A program made the position numbers and the translations under genes. A stretch of 64,000 nucleotides of DNA from Candidatus Eiseniibacteriota bacterium (GTDB taxonomy: Bacteria > Eisenbacteria > RBG-16-71-46): positions 64,001 through 128,000 of the forward strand of contig CAVSAC010000010.1 in NCBI GenBank assembly GCA_963725865.1, read 5' to 3'. Shown one piece after another: positions 41,854 through 51,834 of the stretch. The notes below the pieces were generated by a model. It worked only from the letters and a program-made list of their open reading frames with translations, did not search any database and was not told the origin of the DNA. Numbering within the stretch: position 1 is the stretch's first letter; every line of letters starts with the position of its first letter.

Positions 41854-42603
41854 TCAATGCAGGTTGAAGCGCACCGGGATGGCGACCCAGACCGCGACCG
41901 GCTTGTTGTTCGAGAGCGCCGGCTTGAAGACCCACTGCCGTACCGCGGTGACTGCCGCGGCATCGAGCATCGGGACGGACTTCGTCACCTTCGTGTCCTT
42001 CACCTTGCCGTCCTTGCCGACCAGCGCCTGCACCGTCACGACGCCGTCCACCCCCGCCTCGCGGGCGATGTCGGGATACAGCGGACCCACCTTCGTGATC
42101 GCCTCCGGCATCTCCTCGAAGTAGACGTACTCGCCGAGCTTCGGCATCTCGTCTTCGGACGGCGGCTGGACCACGATCTGATTGTCCCCGTTGTCGGAGG
42201 TCGGCGCGCTCTGCGTCTGCGCCGAGATCTCCTCCTGCGAGGCGATGGTCTGCTCGGGCGGGGCTTCCGCGTCCGGCACCGGCACGGCCACGCCGACCGT
42301 CGGCGGCGCCACCGGGGTGGTGATCGCCACCTGCGGCGGTGGGGCGTCGTTGCTGAGCGGCGGCGGGGCGGCGATCTCACGGTACGGGACCACGATCACG
42401 CTCGTCTCCTTGGGAGCCTGCTTCACGAGCAGCAGCGTCCCGAAGCCGAGCAGCGAGATCACGATGTATCCACCGGTCGCCACCATCACCGCGCGGAACA
42501 TGTACTTCCGCGCGACCTCCCGCAGTTCGGGCGCCCCGTAGGGCATGAACTCGAAGAGCGAGACTTCCGGATCATGCTTGAGAGAGGTCGTGTTCTCGGT
42601 CAC
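41854..42603 (-). CDS. tonB: energy transducer TonB
   Basis: TM, Pro-rich linker, C-terminal YPDIAREAGVDGVV...LDAAAVTAVRQWVFKPA; GTGA overlap with exbD. Confidence 0.92.
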   Translation of the reverse strand: MTENTTSLKHDPEVSLFEFMPYGAPELREVARKYMFRAVMVATGGYIVISLLGFGTLLLVKQAPKETSVIVVPYREIAAPPPLSNDAPPPQVAITTPVAPPTVGVAVPVPDAEAPPEQTIASQEEISAQTQSAPTSDNGDNQIVVQPPSEDEMPKLGEYVYFEEMPEAITKVGPLYPDIAREAGVDGVVTVQALVGKDGKVKDTKVTKSVPMLDAAAVTAVRQWVFKPALSNNKPVAVWVAIPVRFNLH

Positions 42604-43094
42604 AGGCCTTCGACCTCCTTCTTCTCCTCCGGAGTCAACTCCGCCAGCGAGAACCGGCTGAGATGCGCCAGGTCGAGCTCGTCGATGATGTCGACCATGC
42701 TGCGGAATTCCGCCTCGCGGTCGACCTTGATGACCACGATCAGCTCGTTGCTCGACTTGTACGGGTCGAACACCTTCTTGATGTCGTCGACGTCGGTGCG
42801 CGCCCACGGATCGGTCCCGCGCTTGTAGTACACGCGCCGGTCGCTGAGCACCCGCACCATCAGCACCTTCGACTCGGCCACCTCGATCTTCACGTCGTGC
42901 GGCGGGAGGTTGATCTCCAGCGCCTGCGGCGTGCGGAACACGGTCGTGACCATGAAGAAGATGAGCAGCAGGAACGCCACGTCCACCATCGGCGTCATGT
43001 CGATGCGGATGCCGACACGACGCTTCGGGCGATGGAAGCCCTTCTTGCCTTTCCCCCCCGAACTTCGTGGCTGGGGGGCATCAACCGCGCCCAT
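42600..43094 (-). CDS. exbD: biopolymer transport ExbD/TolR
   Basis: IDMTPMVDVAFLLLIFFMVTT. Confidence 0.93.
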   Translation of the reverse strand: MGAVDAPQPRSSGGKGKKGFHRPKRRVGIRIDMTPMVDVAFLLLIFFMVTTVFRTPQALEINLPPHDVKIEVAESKVLMVRVLSDRRVYYKRGTDPWARTDVDDIKKVFDPYKSSNELIVVIKVDREAEFRSMVDIIDELDLAHLSRFSLAELTPEEKKEVEGL

Positions 43095-43121
43095 GGTGTC
43101 TCTCCCTCCCCGAAGTCAGGG

Positions 43122-43622
43122 TCACTTGGCCGGAGCGGCTGTCGGGTGGAGTCGTCCACCCGCGCCGCCTTCGAGATCGGTCATGACGTTGAACCGGGTG
43201 GCCTTCGCCGCCTCGAGCCCATCCATCATGTCCGCCATGATTCCGTAAGGTGCTGCCTTGTCCATCTTCACGATGACGCGAGCCGACGGGTTCGCCGCGC
43301 GTGCCTGCGAGAGAGTGGGACCGAGATCGGTCTTCACGTTGTCCTGCGTCAGCAGACGGTCCACCTCTTCGCCACCCTGACGCCACACCACCCGCACCGT
43401 CGGGATGTTCCCGTTCTCGGGCTTCGCCGCGGTGACCGCGATGGTGATGATCCCGGACTCCGGTGCCTTGGCCTCGGAGTTCGACTGGGGAAGCGTGATC
43501 TTGTCCTTCTCCGGCGGCTGGAACTGGGTCGTCGTCATGAAGAAGATGAGCAGCAGGAACGCGACATCGACCATCGGAGTCATATCGATGGAGATGCCGA
43601 TTCGCCGCATCTTCTTGAGCAT
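43122..43622 (-). CDS. exbD: biopolymer transport ExbD/TolR
   Basis: IDMTPMVDVAFLLLIFFMTTT; KMDKAAPYG. Confidence 0.93.
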   Translation of the reverse strand: MLKKMRRIGISIDMTPMVDVAFLLLIFFMTTTQFQPPEKDKITLPQSNSEAKAPESGIITIAVTAAKPENGNIPTVRVVWRQGGEEVDRLLTQDNVKTDLGPTLSQARAANPSARVIVKMDKAAPYGIMADMMDGLEAAKATRFNVMTDLEGGAGGRLHPTAAPAK

Positions 43623-43634
43623 GGCGTCGCCCCC

Positions 43635-44378
43635 TTACTTCTTTTCTGCGGCGGAAGCCGACAGCAGCTGGATGGCTTCGTACGACGCCTCGTCCATCAT
43701 GTAGTTGAAGCCGTCCACGCGCGTGACGAACACGTTGTACGTGATGATGCCGATGATCGCCGTGAAGAGTCCGCCGGCGGTGTTGATGAGCGCTTCCGAG
43801 ATGCCGACCGCCAGCTTGGTCGCGTCGACCGCGCCGCTATGGCCGAGTGCCGCGAACGAGCGGATCATGCCCAGCACCGTCCCGAGCAGTCCGATCATGG
43901 TCGCGATCGAGGCGATGGTCGAGAGGGCGATCAGGTTGCGCTCGAGCAGCGGCACCTCGAGGCCGTTGGCCTCCTGGATGGCCGCCTGGGTCTCGGAGAC
44001 GATCTTGTCCTTCGGAGCACCCTCGGCCTTCACGGCCTGGTAGCGCTCGAGGCCGGCGCGAATCACGTTCGCGGCGGAACCGCGCTGCTTCTTGCAGAGC
44101 TCCAGCGCGCCGGGGATGTTGCCCTCGCGGAGCGACTTGCGCACGTTGTTGAGGAACGTCGGCAGCGGGCCAGTGCCCTGTGCCTTCTTGAGGCTCCACA
44201 GTCGCTCGATGATGAATGCCGTCTCGAGGATGATCAGCATGATGAGCGCCGCGACCAGGTAGCCGCCCTGCTGGATGTTCTTGCCCTGCTCACCGAACAG
44301 CGTGGGCAGCGCAAGCCAGATCCCGATCGAGGCGACGAGAGCGGCGACGAATCCGATGGGCACCAGATAGCGATTCAT
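43635..44378 (-). CDS. exbB: MotA/TolQ/ExbB proton channel protein
   Basis: LSTIASIATMIGLLGTVLGMIRSF...GISEALINTAGGL; alternative start GTG 44387. Confidence 0.93.
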   Translation of the reverse strand: MNRYLVPIGFVAALVASIGIWLALPTLFGEQGKNIQQGGYLVAALIMLIILETAFIIERLWSLKKAQGTGPLPTFLNNVRKSLREGNIPGALELCKKQRGSAANVIRAGLERYQAVKAEGAPKDKIVSETQAAIQEANGLEVPLLERNLIALSTIASIATMIGLLGTVLGMIRSFAALGHSGAVDATKLAVGISEALINTAGGLFTAIIGIITYNVFVTRVDGFNYMMDEASYEAIQLLSASAAEKK

Positions 44379-44523
44379 TGAGTCCACATCCTCCTTGCTC
44401 CACTCGCGGCGTCCTGCCGCCGCTCGAGGAGTTGCGATGTCCCAGCAGGGATCGCCCCCGCCGACCTGGGCCCGGATCCGGACCCCCGATTGAAAACGGA
44501 CTTCCCCGACCCGGTCGTCGAGG

Positions 44524-44874
44524 CTATCCCGCGTCCACCGCGAAGGCCGCGAGCGCGAGCTCCTCGGTCTCGTGATGGTCGAACACCATGATGAGCTTGG
44601 TCATGACGAACAGATCGTGCAGCTTCTTGCCGAGTCCGCACAGCTTGATCTCACCGCCGCGCCCGCGATAGTTCGCGTAGGCCCGCATGATCGCGCCGAT
44701 GGCGATCGAGTTGAGCGCCTGGCATTCGGACATGTTGAGGATGAGGCGCGTGTTGCCCGTCGCCGCCCCCGCCATCAACGCCTTCTCCAGCTCTTCGGTC
44801 TCGGTATCCCCGAAGAACGACCCCTTCGGGTAGACCACCGTGATGCTGCGAACGTCGCGTCGTCGGATGGCCAT
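44524..44874 (-). CDS. STAS-domain anti-sigma factor antagonist
   Basis: LILNMSECQALNSIAIG...GGEIKLC...LFVMTKL..VF. Confidence 0.88.
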   Translation of the reverse strand: MAIRRRDVRSITVVYPKGSFFGDTETEELEKALMAGAATGNTRLILNMSECQALNSIAIGAIMRAYANYRGRGGEIKLCGLGKKLHDLFVMTKLIMVFDHHETEELALAAFAVDAG

Positions 44875-44897
44875 ACGTTCCTTCCGCGCCGGCGGCG

Positions 44898-45245
44898 CTA
44901 GGCGGAGCCCCGCTCCGCGAAGCTCGCGATCGCCTGCTCCTCGGTGTCCGTGACGTCGAACACCAGCGACAACTTGGTGATCACGAAGATGTTCTGGATC
45001 TTCTTGTCGACCTGGCAGAGTTTCAGCTGGCCACCGCGCTTGAGGTAACTCGCGTGCGCCGAGATCAGGACTCCGAGCGCCGTCGAATTCAGGTGCTGGG
45101 TGTCGGCGAGATTGATGATGAGGGCCTTGTTGCCCGCCTCGCCGAGCTTGGTGATGGTCTGCTGGAGTTCGTCGGTCTCCTCGCCACCCGTCAGGTATCC
45201 CTTCGGGTAGAGGATCTCGATCGACCCAACCTGCCGATGCTTCAT
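44898..45245 (-). CDS. STAS-domain anti-sigma factor antagonist
   Basis: LIINLADTQHLNSTALG...GGQLKLC...IFVITKL..VF...EEQAIASF; ATGA overlap. Confidence 0.88.
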   Translation of the reverse strand: MKHRQVGSIEILYPKGYLTGGEETDELQQTITKLGEAGNKALIINLADTQHLNSTALGVLISAHASYLKRGGQLKLCQVDKKIQNIFVITKLSLVFDVTDTEEQAIASFAERGSA

Positions 45246-47044
45246 GGAGTCCCTCCCTGCCGCGCGCCCCCGGTGAGAGCGGCGAGGCCCTTCTTGGCTT
45301 CCGCGTTGTTGGCGTCGATCTCGAGCACGCGACGGTAGTTTTCGACGGCTTTGGCTCGGTTTCCCGAATTCTGATACCCCTGCGCCAGCCAGATCAGCGT
45401 CAGCATGTCCTTCGGGTTGCACGCGGTCGCCCGCTCGAGGAACCCCACCGCCTCGACGTATGACTTGTCCAGCAGCTCGTAGTACCCGAGTTGCCGGAGC
45501 GCGATGCACGTATTGGACGTCTTCCCGGTCGTATCGAGATCCACCGCACGCTGGAAGGCAACCCGCGCATCGGGAATGGACTTCATCTGATCCTGGAGTA
45601 AGCCGACCCAGAAGTAGCGGTCGGCCCGCGTGCTGTCGAGGGCCGCCGCCTGCTGGAGCGCCGCGAGCGCTTCGGGGAACTGCCCCATCTCCTTGTACGA
45701 CAAACCAGTGTAGTAGTAAGCCTCGCCGTTCAGCGGGTCAAGCGCGATTCGCCGTCCGAGGAGCCCGATCGCGCCCGGGTAGTCCTTCTGGCGGTATCGC
45801 AGCTTGCCGGCCTCGCCCAGCGCCAGCTTGCCGATCCAGGACGTCGAGTCCTTGTTGATGGCCGCCACGTAGACCGATTCCGCCTCCGCGAGCCGGCCCT
45901 TCAACTCGTGCAGGCGCGCGATCGTGATCATGTCCGCGGGCTCCGGCTCCCCCTTCGAGAACGCGTCGAAAGCGGCGTCGTACTCCCGCCGCTCGGCGAG
46001 GAGGCGCGCGTAGATCGTCCATGCCTCCTTGTTCTTGTCGCCGAGCGCGTCCGCCTGCTTGAACGCGGCGTAGGCCTCGTCCCGCGCCTTGGAGAAGTAG
46101 AGAGCGCGCGCCAGCACGCTCCACCCGCGTGGATCCTTCGGCTCCAGTTGCGTGTACTTCTCGAGCGGAGCGCGGGCTTCGCGATAGCGGTTCTGATCCG
46201 CCTGTCCGGCCCGATAGAGCAGGCTCCCGAGTGCCAGCTGCGCCGGCGCGAACTCGGGATCGCGGTCGGTCGCGATGCGGTACTGCTCGAGCGCGCTGGC
46301 GGCCCGCCCATCCTGGTCGAACGCGCGCCCGAGCGCGAACACCAGCTCGACGTCCGAGGTGTCGAGCGAGATCGCCGCCAGGAATTCCGGTACCGCGAGC
46401 CCCGGGATGCCGCGCTTCAGATAGAAATCGCCGAGCGCCCGGCGCGGCGCGGGATCCTCGGGCGCCAACTCGCGGGCGCGCGTGTAGTAGATGCCGGCAT
46501 CACGCAGCGAATCGCGCGAGAGCTCGGCGTCACCCATCGCGACGAGGAACTTCGGCTGCCACTTCGGCCCCCACTTGAGCCCCTCGCCGAGCGCCGCCAC
46601 CGCGCGCTCGTGCTGCCCGATCTGCACCAGACACTGCCCCAGCGCGAGCTGGGCGTCGGGGAACTTGCGGTCGATCTCGGTCGCCTTCTGGAACAGCGGC
46701 ACCGCGGTCGCGCAGTCGCCCCGACGGCGGGCGACCTCGCCCTCGCCCCAGTACGAGAGAGCGAGATTGGGGTCCATCTTCTGCGCGAGCTGGAACGCCT
46801 CGAGCGCCTTGTCGTACTGGCGACGCCGCAGCCACACCTGGCCCACGCCGGCGCGGCCCTCGGCCAACCCCTCGGCCGCGGCGCGCTCGAACGCGGCGAT
46901 GGCATCATCGTAGCGGCCCGCCTGGAGGGCCAGCCTTCCATCCTTGATCTGAGCGATCGAGACGCCCGGAACGGCGAGCAGCAGCAACACGAACGCGATC
47001 AGGCCCACGCGGAGGCCCCGGCTCATACGGTCGGAGGCGATCAT
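45242..47044 (-). CDS. exported tetratricopeptide-repeat protein
   Basis: Signal peptide followed by many TPR-like repeats (A..F..A...DP patterns). Confidence 0.88.
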   Translation of the reverse strand: MIASDRMSRGLRVGLIAFVLLLLAVPGVSIAQIKDGRLALQAGRYDDAIAAFERAAAEGLAEGRAGVGQVWLRRRQYDKALEAFQLAQKMDPNLALSYWGEGEVARRRGDCATAVPLFQKATEIDRKFPDAQLALGQCLVQIGQHERAVAALGEGLKWGPKWQPKFLVAMGDAELSRDSLRDAGIYYTRARELAPEDPAPRRALGDFYLKRGIPGLAVPEFLAAISLDTSDVELVFALGRAFDQDGRAASALEQYRIATDRDPEFAPAQLALGSLLYRAGQADQNRYREARAPLEKYTQLEPKDPRGWSVLARALYFSKARDEAYAAFKQADALGDKNKEAWTIYARLLAERREYDAAFDAFSKGEPEPADMITIARLHELKGRLAEAESVYVAAINKDSTSWIGKLALGEAGKLRYRQKDYPGAIGLLGRRIALDPLNGEAYYYTGLSYKEMGQFPEALAALQQAAALDSTRADRYFWVGLLQDQMKSIPDARVAFQRAVDLDTTGKTSNTCIALRQLGYYELLDKSYVEAVGFLERATACNPKDMLTLIWLAQGYQNSGNRAKAVENYRRVLEIDANNAEAKKGLAALTGGARQGGTP

Positions 47045-47066
47045 GGTATCGGTCTGAGTCTCCTGT

Positions 47067-48032
47067 TCAGTGCGAACCCAGCATCGGGGAGCGCCGGACG
47101 AATCGGACCGGCACCGAAGTCGGCACCAGGTCCGCTTGATGGACCAGCTCCTGCCCGTCGCGGCTGGTCACGTAGGTGATGAAGCCGCCACCGAGCGGCG
47201 GACCGTCGGTGCGGACGTAGAGATTGAAGAAGCGCGTGAGCGGATAGTCACCCTTGTACACGGTCTCCGGGTCGGGCTTCACGTAGGGCATCCCCCGCAG
47301 CGGCGCGAGGTGCAGCGCCCGCGCACCCCGGTCCGCCCAGGCCAGGCTCACGAAGCCGATCGCCGAGCGATCCTGCACCACCTGCGCGACCACAGCCGAG
47401 TCCGACACGGCGTAGCGCACGTGCGCTTCGATCGGCTGACCGCCCATGACTTCCTGCTCGAAGAACTGCGAGATGTCCGCCTCCACCGGCTGCATCACCG
47501 GCACCACGGTCGTCGCGGTGCCGCCGATCGCCGACCACTGCCTCGTTTCGCCCTGATAGATGCTCCGCAGGTCCTCCAGTGCCATGTTCTCCACCGGATT
47601 CGACGGATGCACGACCGCGACCACCGCGTCGCGAGCGAAACGGTACCCCTCCAGCTCCAGCCGCCCTCGCATCGCAGCGGCTCGCTCCTCGGGTCGCAGC
47701 TCGCGGGTGATGACCGCGACGTCCGCGCGCGCCGCGAACAGCGAATCGATGGCCGCCCGCGAATGGCCGGCCTGGACGTCGATCCGCGCCTGCGGATAGA
47801 GCGCGATGAACGAATCGCGGATTCGTGTGATCAGAGCCACCGCCTCGGGAGCGCACACGACCGAGATACGTCCACTGGTGAGCGAATCTTCCACGGGACC
47901 GCGGGCGGTCGGCGACGCACACCCGGAGAGGGCGACACCAATCCCGCACGCGAGCAGAATGGGAAGGAGGTTCCGCCCGCCGCGACCCGGTACCACGAAG
48001 CGCTGCAAGTGTAGGAACCGCGCCTGATTCAT
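47067..48032 (-). CDS. PstS-like substrate-binding lipoprotein (start uncertain)
   Basis: Lipobox LSGC; ADVAVITREL, ARDAVVAVVHPSNPV, AIGFVS, GDYPLTR. Confidence 0.82.
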   Translation of the reverse strand: MNQARFLHLQRFVVPGRGGRNLLPILLACGIGVALSGCASPTARGPVEDSLTSGRISVVCAPEAVALITRIRDSFIALYPQARIDVQAGHSRAAIDSLFAARADVAVITRELRPEERAAAMRGRLELEGYRFARDAVVAVVHPSNPVENMALEDLRSIYQGETRQWSAIGGTATTVVPVMQPVEADISQFFEQEVMGGQPIEAHVRYAVSDSAVVAQVVQDRSAIGFVSLAWADRGARALHLAPLRGMPYVKPDPETVYKGDYPLTRFFNLYVRTDGPPLGGGFITYVTSRDGQELVHQADLVPTSVPVRFVRRSPMLGSH

Positions 48033-48093
48033 GTCAATGGCCGCCTGCCCGGGAGGCCTTCCCGCACGGGACCCGCGCGACGAGGCGGCACGC

Positions 48094-48122
48094 ACACTAG
48101 TGAGCGGACCGGGGGGTGTCAA
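48094..48122 (-). promoter_or_regulatory. sigma70-type promoter of the PstS-like/TPR/STAS/Ton operon
   Basis: TTGACA-N17-TAGTGT on the minus strand. Confidence 0.7.
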
Positions 48123-48170
48123 GGAATCCGCACCCGCGGCGGGCCCCCCCGGTTCGGCAGGGCGCCCCGC

Positions 48171-49487
48171 TCACGGCCGCAGGCGGTAGAGCATGCGAGG
48201 GAACGGGATGGTCTCCCGAACGTGGTCGAGTCCCGCGATCCAGGCCAGCGTGCGCTCGACCCCGATCCCGAAGCCGGAATGGGGCACCGACCCGTAGCGA
48301 CGGAGGTCCTTGTACCACTCGAAGTCCTCCTGCCGCAGGCCGTGTTCGTCCACGCGCTGGGTCAGCAGGTCGAGCGACGTCATGCGCTGCCCGCCCCCGA
48401 TGATCTCGCCGTAGCCCTCCGGCGCGAGGCAGTCGCACGAGAGGCACAGGCGCTCGTCCGCCGGGTCGGGCTCCATGTAGAACGCCTTCACCGCCGCCGG
48501 GTAGTTCGTCACGAACACCGGCGTGTCGAAGCGTCCCGAGATGGCCGTCTCGTCGGGCGCGCCGAAATCGCTCCCCCACTCGAACGCCAGGCCGGCGTCG
48601 TGCAGCATCTGCACCGCGTCGTTGTAGTGGATCCGCGCGAATGGTGCCCGCACGTGCTCGAGTCGCGCGGTGTCCCGCTCGAGCGTCTTCAGGTCGGCGG
48701 CGCGGCGCTCGAGCACCCGTGCGACCGTGTACACCAGCAGTCGCTCCTCGAGCGCGATCACGTCGTCGAGGGTCGCAAACGCCCATTCGGGCTCCATCAT
48801 CCAGAACTCGATCAGGTGGCGTCGCGTCTTGCTCTTCTCGGCGCGGAACGCCGGCCCGAAGCAGTAGGTGCGACCGAACGCCAGCGCCGCCGCTTCCTGG
48901 TACAGCTGGCCGCTCTGGGTGAGGTAGGCCTTCTGTTCGAAGTACGACGTCTCGAACAGCGTCGTCGTGCCTTCGCACGCGCTCGGCGTGAAGATCGGGC
49001 TGTCCACCAGCAGGAACCCCTCCCGGTCCATGAAGTCCCGGAACGAGGCGATCACCTCCGCGCGGATGCGCAGGATCGCCTGCTGGCGGGTCGAGCGGAG
49101 CCACAGGTGACGGTGATCCATCAGGAAGTCCGTCCCATGCTCCTTCGGGGTGATGGGATACGGCTCCGCTCGCGACACCACCACCAGCGCGCGCAGCCCC
49201 ATCTCCACTCCGCCCGGCGAGCGCGGATCCGCCCGCAGCCTCCCCCGCACCCGCACCGCCGATTCCTGCGTCAGGGTGCCGAGCGCCTCCCAGTCGGCCG
49301 CCGGCAGGTCATTCACGCCGGCGACGCACTGCAACGTGCCGCTGCCGTCCCGCAGCACCACGAACCGCACCTTGCCACTGGACCGGAGGTGGAGCACCCA
49401 GCCCCGCACCTCGATCTCCCCTTCCACATGTGCGGGGGCGTCCGCGATGCGGGTCCAGGGGGCGGCGGCGGTCGGGTCGGCGCTCAT
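48171..49487 (-). CDS. asnS: asparagine--tRNA ligase
   Basis: [51 protein letters not shown]. Confidence 0.95.
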   Translation of the reverse strand: MSADPTAAAPWTRIADAPAHVEGEIEVRGWVLHLRSSGKVRFVVLRDGSGTLQCVAGVNDLPAADWEALGTLTQESAVRVRGRLRADPRSPGGVEMGLRALVVVSRAEPYPITPKEHGTDFLMDHRHLWLRSTRQQAILRIRAEVIASFRDFMDREGFLLVDSPIFTPSACEGTTTLFETSYFEQKAYLTQSGQLYQEAAALAFGRTYCFGPAFRAEKSKTRRHLIEFWMMEPEWAFATLDDVIALEERLLVYTVARVLERRAADLKTLERDTARLEHVRAPFARIHYNDAVQMLHDAGLAFEWGSDFGAPDETAISGRFDTPVFVTNYPAAVKAFYMEPDPADERLCLSCDCLAPEGYGEIIGGGQRMTSLDLLTQRVDEHGLRQEDFEWYKDLRRYGSVPHSGFGIGVERTLAWIAGLDHVRETIPFPRMLYRLRP

Positions 49488-49636
49488 GGGGTTCTCCAGG
49501 CGGGTCGAGTCGGGTCGGTCGGGGTCATCCAGCCACGCGGGAGGGTACCGCGGGCCCCGCAGGCCCGGCCTGCACCCCGGCACATTCCCTTCAAGCACGC
49601 CGAAGGGCGGGCCGATAACGCGCATGGACGCACCGC

Positions 49637-49666
49637 ACGTTAGGGGCGTGCATCGCGCACTGTCAA
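49637..49666 (-). promoter_or_regulatory. candidate sigma70 promoter upstream of asnS
   Basis: TTGACA-N18-TAACGT on the minus strand, about 150 nt upstream of the ATG. Confidence 0.5.
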
Positions 49667-49745
49667 GGGACTGCACCACATGGCGGCTATGCACGGACGA
49701 CGGATCCACCACCTGCGAGCCCTTGCCCTCGAGCCCACGCGAGCC

Positions 49746-51827
49746 ATGGCGATGACCATGCCGCTCGCGAGCACGGACCGGGCGGCATGGCGGGCACTGT
49801 GCGCGCTCCTCTGCCTGCTCGCGCTCCTCGCGCTCGTGGCGCCCGCGCGCGCGCAGGATCCCGCCGCGGTCCCCGCCGGCTCGACCGCGCCCGAAGGCGC
49901 CACGCTCGAGGCGGAGGAGATCACCACGCCCCCCACGGCGCCGCAGCTGCAGCCGGCCGCGCATCCCGCTCCGCGCCCGGCGCGCCCGGTGCCGCCGGCC
50001 CCCGCGCCGCCCACGCCGGTGGTCGCGCCGACCACCTTGAACGACCTCGGCGCCTGGTCCGACTACAAGCTGCGCAGCCACATCGCCACGCTCCCGCACG
50101 AGGCACGGCTCTTCTACCGCCGCGGATTGGCGCTGCACCAGTCGGGATCGAACGAGGAAGCGGTACGCCTGGTGCGCGGCGCCTCCGAGCTCGATCCGTC
50201 GTTCGTGGCGCCGCATCTCACGCTGGCGTCCTGGTTCCTGCTCCACGAGCCCAGTCAAGCGCTGCTGCAGGTCGCGGCGGTGCTCGAGCTCTCGCGGCAG
50301 AACTTCCTGCTGCAGCTCGCGACCGCCGCCAACGCGCTCTACCTCGGACTCCAGGCACTGTTCCTGGGGCTCTTGTTCGCCTCCCTGATGGTGGTCGCCC
50401 TGCACCATCGCGAGCTCATCCACGGCTGGCGGGAACGGCTCGCGCTCCACGCCTCTCCCCTGACCGCGCGCTGGTGGGCGTGGGCGATCCTGCTGCTGCC
50501 GTTTGCGACCGGGATGGGTGTGGCGCTGCCCACCGTCGGGTACCTCGGCATGCTGTGGCCGAGTCTGCGGGCGCGCGAGCGCGCCCTGTGGGTGCTGCTG
50601 GTGCTGATGCTGGGCTCCCTCCCGTGGACGCTCGACGCGCTGGGGCGGCTGGCCGCACCACTTCGCGAGGACCAGGGGCCGCTGTTCGGAATCCCGATGG
50701 TCGAGAACGAGGCGTACTCCCGGGTTCGCCAGGACCGGCTCGCCGCGCTCGCGGCCCAGTACCCGCAGGACCCCTTCGTCCACTTCGGGCTCGGCTGGAT
50801 CGCCCGCCGCGGCGGGGATCTCGCCACTGCGGAGACGGAGTACCGGCGGGCGCACGCTTTGTGGCCCGACAATGACCGCGTGTGCGTCGACCTCGGCAAT
50901 GCGCTCGCGATGCAGGGGCGGGTGGACGAGGCGCTGGTCTTCTACCTCAGGGCCACGCGACTGGACCCGACCAACGCGGCCGCGTTCTACGACGCCGCGC
51001 AGATCTACACCCAGCGCTTCCAGTACCACGAGGCGAGCGACGCCATGGCCCGCGCTTCGGCGCTCAACTTCGATCTCGTGAAGTCCTATCAGTCGCAGGC
51101 CACCGATGACGGCCTGCTCCCGCTCATCGACCAGTGGCTGGCGCCGGCGACGTTCTGGCAGGCCATCACCGCGCCGAACGCCGAACCCCCCGTCCTCGCC
51201 GTGCCGCCGGCCTGGCGCGGCCACGTCGAGGTGTCCGGCTGGCGCTTCAGCATCCTCGCCGTGCTGTTCGCCTTCGCCGGCTTGGCGCTCGGCCTATGGC
51301 ACCACCGCACGTTGCCGCTGCGCGTCTGCAGCAACTGCGGCCGCGAGGTGTGCCGTCGCTGCGCCGAGCGCCGGCGCGAGTTGGCGCTGTGCCCGGCCTG
51401 CGCCGACGTCGAGGCGCGCGCCGAGAGCCCCGAGTTCGCCCGCGTGCTGTTGCTCCAGCACCGCAGCGCCCAGCTGGCGCGCCATCGGATGCTGCGCACC
51501 GCGCTCGCCACGCTGATCCCCGGCTTCGGCCTGCTCGCGTGCCGCCGAGTCGGGACGCCGTTGGTACTGATGGCGAGCACCGCGCTGCTCGCCAGCGCGC
51601 GGCTGGGACTCGCGGCGCCCTTCTCGTTCGAGCCCCGGTTGGCGCTCCCCGAGGCGGAGCTCCCGTTGCTCGCGAACGTCGCCCTCTGGGTCCTCGTCTA
51701 CGCGGTCTCGATCCTCTCCTACCTCGCGCAGCTCGCCCGGGTCCAGGCCCAGGAAGCCGCGCTGTCCGCGCCCGTGCGCAGCCGGTCGGTGCAGTCGACC
51801 CGGCGCGTCACGGCCGCGGCCGCGTGA
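49746..51827 (+). CDS. multi-pass membrane TPR protein with Cys-rich zinc-finger
   Basis: Signal peptide, Pro-rich linker, TPRs, several TMs, CSNC...CRRC...CPAC; start uncertain. Confidence 0.8.
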   Translation: MAMTMPLASTDRAAWRALCALLCLLALLALVAPARAQDPAAVPAGSTAPEGATLEAEEITTPPTAPQLQPAAHPAPRPARPVPPAPAPPTPVVAPTTLNDLGAWSDYKLRSHIATLPHEARLFYRRGLALHQSGSNEEAVRLVRGASELDPSFVAPHLTLASWFLLHEPSQALLQVAAVLELSRQNFLLQLATAANALYLGLQALFLGLLFASLMVVALHHRELIHGWRERLALHASPLTARWWAWAILLLPFATGMGVALPTVGYLGMLWPSLRARERALWVLLVLMLGSLPWTLDALGRLAAPLREDQGPLFGIPMVENEAYSRVRQDRLAALAAQYPQDPFVHFGLGWIARRGGDLATAETEYRRAHALWPDNDRVCVDLGNALAMQGRVDEALVFYLRATRLDPTNAAAFYDAAQIYTQRFQYHEASDAMARASALNFDLVKSYQSQATDDGLLPLIDQWLAPATFWQAITAPNAEPPVLAVPPAWRGHVEVSGWRFSILAVLFAFAGLALGLWHHRTLPLRVCSNCGREVCRRCAERRRELALCPACADVEARAESPEFARVLLLQHRSAQLARHRMLRTALATLIPGFGLLACRRVGTPLVLMASTALLASARLGLAAPFSFEPRLALPEAELPLLANVALWVLVYAVSILSYLAQLARVQAQEAALSAPVRSRSVQSTRRVTAAAA

Positions 51828-51834
51828 GGGTGTG

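Noticed and set aside
49490..49630. T-box or attenuator leader before asnS
   Set aside because: No T-box sequence or terminator/antiterminator pair is visible.
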